Shown piece after piece: positions 60,233 to 64,000 of a DNA stretch of 64,000 bases; the stretch's first letter is position 1; every line of letters starts with the position of its first letter. The translations under genes were made by a program, and so were the position numbers. Under the pieces are notes generated by a model, which was not told the DNA's origin, searched no databases, and saw only the letters and a program-made list of their open reading frames with translations. The stretch comes from a virus: positions 1 through 64,000 of the IMG/VR virus record IMGVR_UViG_3300045988_149268; one strand, 5' to 3'.

Positions 60233-60652
60233 TTTCTGTTAAAATAAATTCTTCAGAAGTCCAAAATACTTCTGGCTCTTTTTTAACGAGCAAATTATGA
60301 ATCCAATCCATTATCTTCTTCAACATCGTCATAATCCTCCTATATTTCGCCATTAAGCACTTTTTCTAAAATTAAACGACGAGTTTCAAGTTTAATTTTA
60401 TTTTCAGTTTTTGCTTTATAAGAATAAAAACCTGAAATTACAGATGCTTCAACAAAGACTGATGGAATTAAATACTCTAATGGCGATAAATCATTAGTCA
60501 TAACCATTAAAATAATTGTAAAAATTACAACCAAAATAGTTATAGCCATAATTACAATACACAGTAATTTACTAAAAGAAGTGCCGCGACTGCTATCTGC
60601 GCGCATTGCATCTTGAATATATGGATATGCCAATCGCGGCAAGTCTTCTTCA

Positions 60653-62350
60653 TTATACTGTTGCTGCTCCGAGAGCCTTCCACGTCGCTTTACCAACGAT
60701 ACCATCTACTTTCAAATTTTTATCTTTCTAAAAATTTCTTACAGCTTGTTGGGTCTTAGAACCAAAATTACCATCAATTCCAGTTTTACCAACATCGTAG
60801 CCAAGAGCAACAAGAATGGTCTATAATTCTTTTACATAATCATTAATCATTCTTTTTTTAAGCATTGGATAATTTGTAAAATCTTTTCCTTCCGCTGGTT
60901 TTGTTTCTTCTGGCTTATCTTTTCCTTGCGCCGCAATTAAAGCTGCAAAAGTTTTCTTACCAGCTAAGCCATCTACTTTTAAATCATTATCTTTCTAAAA
61001 AAGTTTTACTGCATTGATGGTTTCATCCTAATAATATCCATCTGTTGGAGCTTTATAATCTAACTCGCACAATAATTCTTGTAGTTCTTTAACATCAGTC
61101 CCAGAATAACCTTTTCTTAAAGTTCGAGATCCAAATTTATATTCTTTCAATGAATCATTAGAATCAGTATCTGGTTTTTGCACAGAACCTGAAACATATT
61201 CTACACCTGGAAACTCATACCAGTCAGTCCAAGGTCTATCTTTCAATTTGGTAATAATAATTCCTTTTGCAAAGCCATAGGCTTCAACAACTTCTCCATT
61301 GCCAATATAATATCCAACATGTCCATCTTTACGAACAGCAAGGCCAGGAATTTCAGGAATTGTATTAATTGGACCGTAATTTTTCTTTTTACTTTTAGCA
61401 TATGTAAACATTCCATTTGCACTTCTGTCAGGACATCCGTTGGAACCATATTTACTAACAATTTTTTTACCAGTTCCAATAGCTTCAATAACACCAACGC
61501 CACCGTTTGTCCAAACAAAACCTTTGCCCAGCCCAACGCAATCAGCACATACACATTTATTCGCTATTGCTTTATTATACTTCGCCATACGGCTTGAAGT
61601 GTAATGGCTTGGATATTGTCTAGATTTAGATTTTAATACAGAAGCTGTGCAATTATATACACAAGTTCCATACCAATATGGCTGTCCAACCATCTACTTT
61701 AAAAAATTAACAAAATCAATATTCGTAAGTCCCATAGTTTTCTTTCCTCCATTAAGAGTCGAGGTGTTCTCACCATAGTTGTTACGGATGTCAGTACCTG
61801 GATAATAAAAATTTAAAATCTCAATATAAGTTTTACCAATAGACGCAGCGTATTTGGCGCCAGCTTGGCTCATACCAACTCCGTGGCCGTTCTTTTTGCC
61901 TTGGGAAGCGGCCCGGTCCCATGGGTCATCGCGCGCAATTAAGTATGGTCTATCCCCTCCCCATACTTCTTTTGATGAATACGTGCGACCGCCATTTGTT
62001 GCAGCATAATTAGCATTTGTGATTAAAGAATTTTTATAAAATAGAACTTGCCCTTCTGTATCAGAAACAGCTTGATGTGCTTTGTCATAAGCGGCAGAAA
62101 AACGTGAAGCTCTAAATGCCTAATCTATACTACTTTTATCTGTAATATAGCCTTGTCTTTTATACTTATTTAAAGCAAAAGTTCTAGCAGCTATTGCTTG
62201 CGCTTTCCCAGCTTCTAAGGGCGCATTACCAATTTCTGATGGAACAACTCCTTTTAAATATTCTTCAATATCAATTTCAATTAGATTTTTATGATAATAA
62301 TTAATATTTTCTGAACGACTTAATTTTACTTTAATTATCATAACAATCAA
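60653..62350 (-). CDS. Multidomain cell-wall hydrolase: SpoIID/LytB-like domain + NlpC/P60 peptidase + 2x PG_binding_1 (4 in-frame TAG)
   Basis: SpoIID-like AQAIAARTFAL..NGGRTYSSKEVWGG..GHGVGMSQAGA; NlpC/P60 Cys ADCVGLGKGFVW and His GHVGYYIG; C-terminal PG_binding_1 repeats where TAG sits at conserved Gln (F-Q-KD..L.VDG); track ORFs 62120-62350 and 61028-61693 share frame; 60340-60705 spurious. Confidence 0.6.
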
Positions 62351-62365
62351 TCCTAAAAAAAATAA

Positions 62366-62387
62366 GCCGCATTTGCGGCTTATTTTT
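62366..62387 (-). terminator. Hairpin ATAAGCCGCA-TT-TGCGGCTTAT between - strand genes (possible attenuator/terminator)
   Basis: Perfect 10-bp inverted repeat followed (on - strand) by T-run. Confidence 0.5.
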
Positions 62388-62712
62388 ATTTTATCTCACT
62401 AAATTCAACTTCAATATTGCGATTAGCATTCTCAGCTCTATCATTAATCTGAGAAACGCTTAATGAAACGGGGATATGATCATAAAGCACATTATCAGAA
62501 TTGCCAATTAAATGAAAATCAATAATTTGAGTTCCATTCTCAACAAGAGAAAGTAAATAAGTAATCGCCAAATTCGCTTTATCTGGACTTAAAGAAACTG
62601 AAATCGTTTTATTGATTTCACCATCTCTTAAATAAGCATAATTAACAGATAAAACCTCAATCTTATTATTCGTGTCCTTGTTTAATATAAGCTGCATAAA
62701 AAGTCTCCTCAC
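62386..62712 (-). CDS. Hypothetical protein (likely start at MQLILNK ~62697)
   Basis: RBS aagtgaggagactttttatg precedes second Met. Confidence 0.45.
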   Translation of the reverse strand: MRRLFMQLILNKDTNNKIEVLSVNYAYLRDGEINKTISVSLSPDKANLAITYLLSLVENGTQIIDFHLIGNSDNVLYDHIPVSLSVSQINDRAENANRNIEVEFSEIK

Positions 62713-63293
62713 TTTTCTTTATAAAAATCAAGAGCTTGTAAGTATGCTTCTGAAAGACGCAATGAAGTTGGTCGAGAATCTTTCCAAGTTTTTACTTCAT
62801 CAAGAATAGATGATGTAGCATTAATTAAGTCAATATAAGATACTCCAACTGTAATCAATCTTATTACTGATCCAAGACCTTGCTGAATGTCAATAATACC
62901 GTGTAAATATTCATCGAATTCAGGACGATTTTCTGGCTCTTGCGTAACCTTATCTTTAATAATATCGCAGAAATTATCACACATACATAGCCAAGCATTT
63001 AAGAAATCTTCCCAAGCCATACAATTAAGATCTCTCAACATATAAGATGGCATAGCATTTGTAATCTCTTTTAATGTATACACAGTGCTAAAATCTGGGT
63101 ATTGGACAGAGCCTAAACCACCATCTCCACAACTCATTGCGGATTCAATCACTTTACTAACTTCGCCCATAGTATTTAAAAGTTGAGGATAATCGTTTAA
63201 TAGGATTACCCCAATTTCATCTCTTGTATCAAGAGATTTAAGAATAATATATCGTGCGTCTCCATAAGACATATTTTTAATCTGCATAATCAT
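62709..63293 (-). CDS. Hypothetical protein
   Basis: Start MIMQIKNMSYGD overlapping upstream gene stop (ATGATTATGCAGATTAA); track ORF over-extended to 63380. Confidence 0.45.
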   Translation of the reverse strand: MIMQIKNMSYGDARYIILKSLDTRDEIGVILLNDYPQLLNTMGEVSKVIESAMSCGDGGLGSVQYPDFSTVYTLKEITNAMPSYMLRDLNCMAWEDFLNAWLCMCDNFCDIIKDKVTQEPENRPEFDEYLHGIIDIQQGLGSVIRLITVGVSYIDLINATSSILDEVKTWKDSRPTSLRLSEAYLQALDFYKEK

Positions 63294-64000
63294 AATTCGC
63301 AAAAACTTCCTTTCTAATGCGTTCAAGTTCAAGGGTTTTATCTTCACCAATCTGTGATAAAATATAGTTATATGCGTCATATTTTAACAAGCATTCAATA
63401 CTCGTTGCAACAACAGCATACATTACGATACAAACAGATGGAATTGGTACAAATAAATTACGAGTCGCTTCGTATTGCGCACCAAGACAAGTACCGACAC
63501 AGCAGTGTCTAATTGCGCAATTAGCGCAGTATGGGAACGCTTCTTTATGTGCAAAATAGGTAGCACTCAATAATTCGGCATTAATGTTTTTAAATTTTAA
63601 AATCTTTTCATCATCTTCTACCAATTGCCCAAAATAGAAATCTTTATAGCCGGTGCGGTGACACGGATATAACATTAAGTCACTAAGTCTAACAGTAAAC
63701 TGGCTTTGAATGCCGCAAGTTAATCCGCGTCCTGTGCTACTAAAAGGTTCAGCCAAAAGATTAAAGCCACCACCCTTTAGGATAAAATCTACCATTTGAT
63801 AGGGATTGTGTTCGCACTTCTCCCAAACAAAAGCATAAAGATGACGAATAAATTTCTGTAATTCCCATACATCTTCTTGTTTCCACTCTTCATTTCTAAC
63901 TTGTAACAAATAAATTGTTTCCCAAGGAATATCATATTCTGCCATTTTTTCTTGGAACCAATCGAAATTTTTAATCCAATTTTTTATATTCTTACTATAA
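63277..64000 (-). CDS. Radical-SAM family protein, SPASM-domain C-terminal portion (partial; N-terminus beyond window)
   Basis: CANCAIRHCCVGTC = CxxCx5Cx3C SPASM motif plus upstream Cys (CHRTGY); reading frame stays open to window edge with no RBS at the 63945 ATG. Confidence 0.4.
   Translation of the reverse strand, partial: YSKNIKNWIKNFDWFQEKMAEYDIPWETIYLLQVRNEEWKQEDVWELQKFIRHLYAFVWEKCEHNPYQMVDFILKGGGFNLLAEPFSSTGRGLTCGIQSQFTVRLSDLMLYPCHRTGYKDFYFGQLVEDDEKILKFKNINAELLSATYFAHKEAFPYCANCAIRHCCVGTCLGAQYEATRNLFVPIPSVCIVMYAVVATSIECLLKYDAYNYILSQIGEDKTLELERIRKEVFANYDYAD

Noticed and set aside
1-64000. CRISPR arrays, integrase/attachment sites, transposases
   Set aside because: Apart from the promoter family there are no direct-repeat/spacer arrays. 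No tyrosine or serine recombinase motifs were seen in any frame. The only mobile elements are the three group I introns and the free-standing HEG-like genes.

Overview
This is an AT-rich (roughly one-third GC) stretch of a tailed bacteriophage genome. Gene content and the promoter and RBS style point to a low-GC Firmicute host, probably anaerobic (NrdDG anaerobic RNR; SpoIID/NlpC-P60/PG_binding_1 lysins; phiLC3-type holin).

Layout: the window opens with a tRNA array (a 3-prime tRNA fragment plus tRNA-Thr(CGU); tRNA-Val(UAC) lies further in at 5324). A long + strand block follows (286-56500), carrying replication, recombination and nucleotide-metabolism genes:
- Replication: DnaB-like helicase, TOPRIM primase, RecJ-like, Dda-like helicase, PolIII-alpha-like polymerase, ATP-dependent ligase, SSB, Sak4-like ATPase, RNase H, RuvC-like resolvase.
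- Nucleotide metabolism: split type-II topoisomerase subunits, SHMT, ThyX-like protein, guanylate-kinase-like kinase, NrdD/NrdG, dUTPase.
- Auxiliary genes: ClpP, PhoH, PARG-like macrodomain protein, SAM-MTase, a C5-DNA-MTase with a possible REase partner, a TROVE-vWA (Ro60-like) protein, nucleotidyltransferase, three calcineurin-like phosphoesterases, a T4-Pnk-like kinase, an Rnl-type RNA ligase fused to a tRNA-binding OB domain, GatB/YqeY protein, flotillin, tandem GT2 glycosyltransferase.

A bidirectional terminator (56501-56545) separates this from a convergent - strand late/lysis operon: holin, two multidomain peptidoglycan hydrolases, small membrane proteins, and a partial radical-SAM/SPASM gene running off the right edge.

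Main point for reading the ORF track: a subset of genes carries many in-frame TAG codons that align to conserved Gln positions, so the phage uses amber-to-Gln recoding. The standard-code ORF track therefore fragments those genes; I have re-joined them.

Other notable features:
- Three group I introns (in gyrB-like, gyrA-like and nrdD genes) each carry a different homing-endonuclease family (GIY-YIG, LAGLIDADG, HNH).
- About 24 near-consensus sigma-A promoters (TTGACw-N17-TATAAT with AT-rich spacer) precede individual genes or cassettes.
- The PolIII-alpha gene start needs a -1 shift at an in-frame TAG.

Coordinates derived by hand may be off by 1-2 nt.
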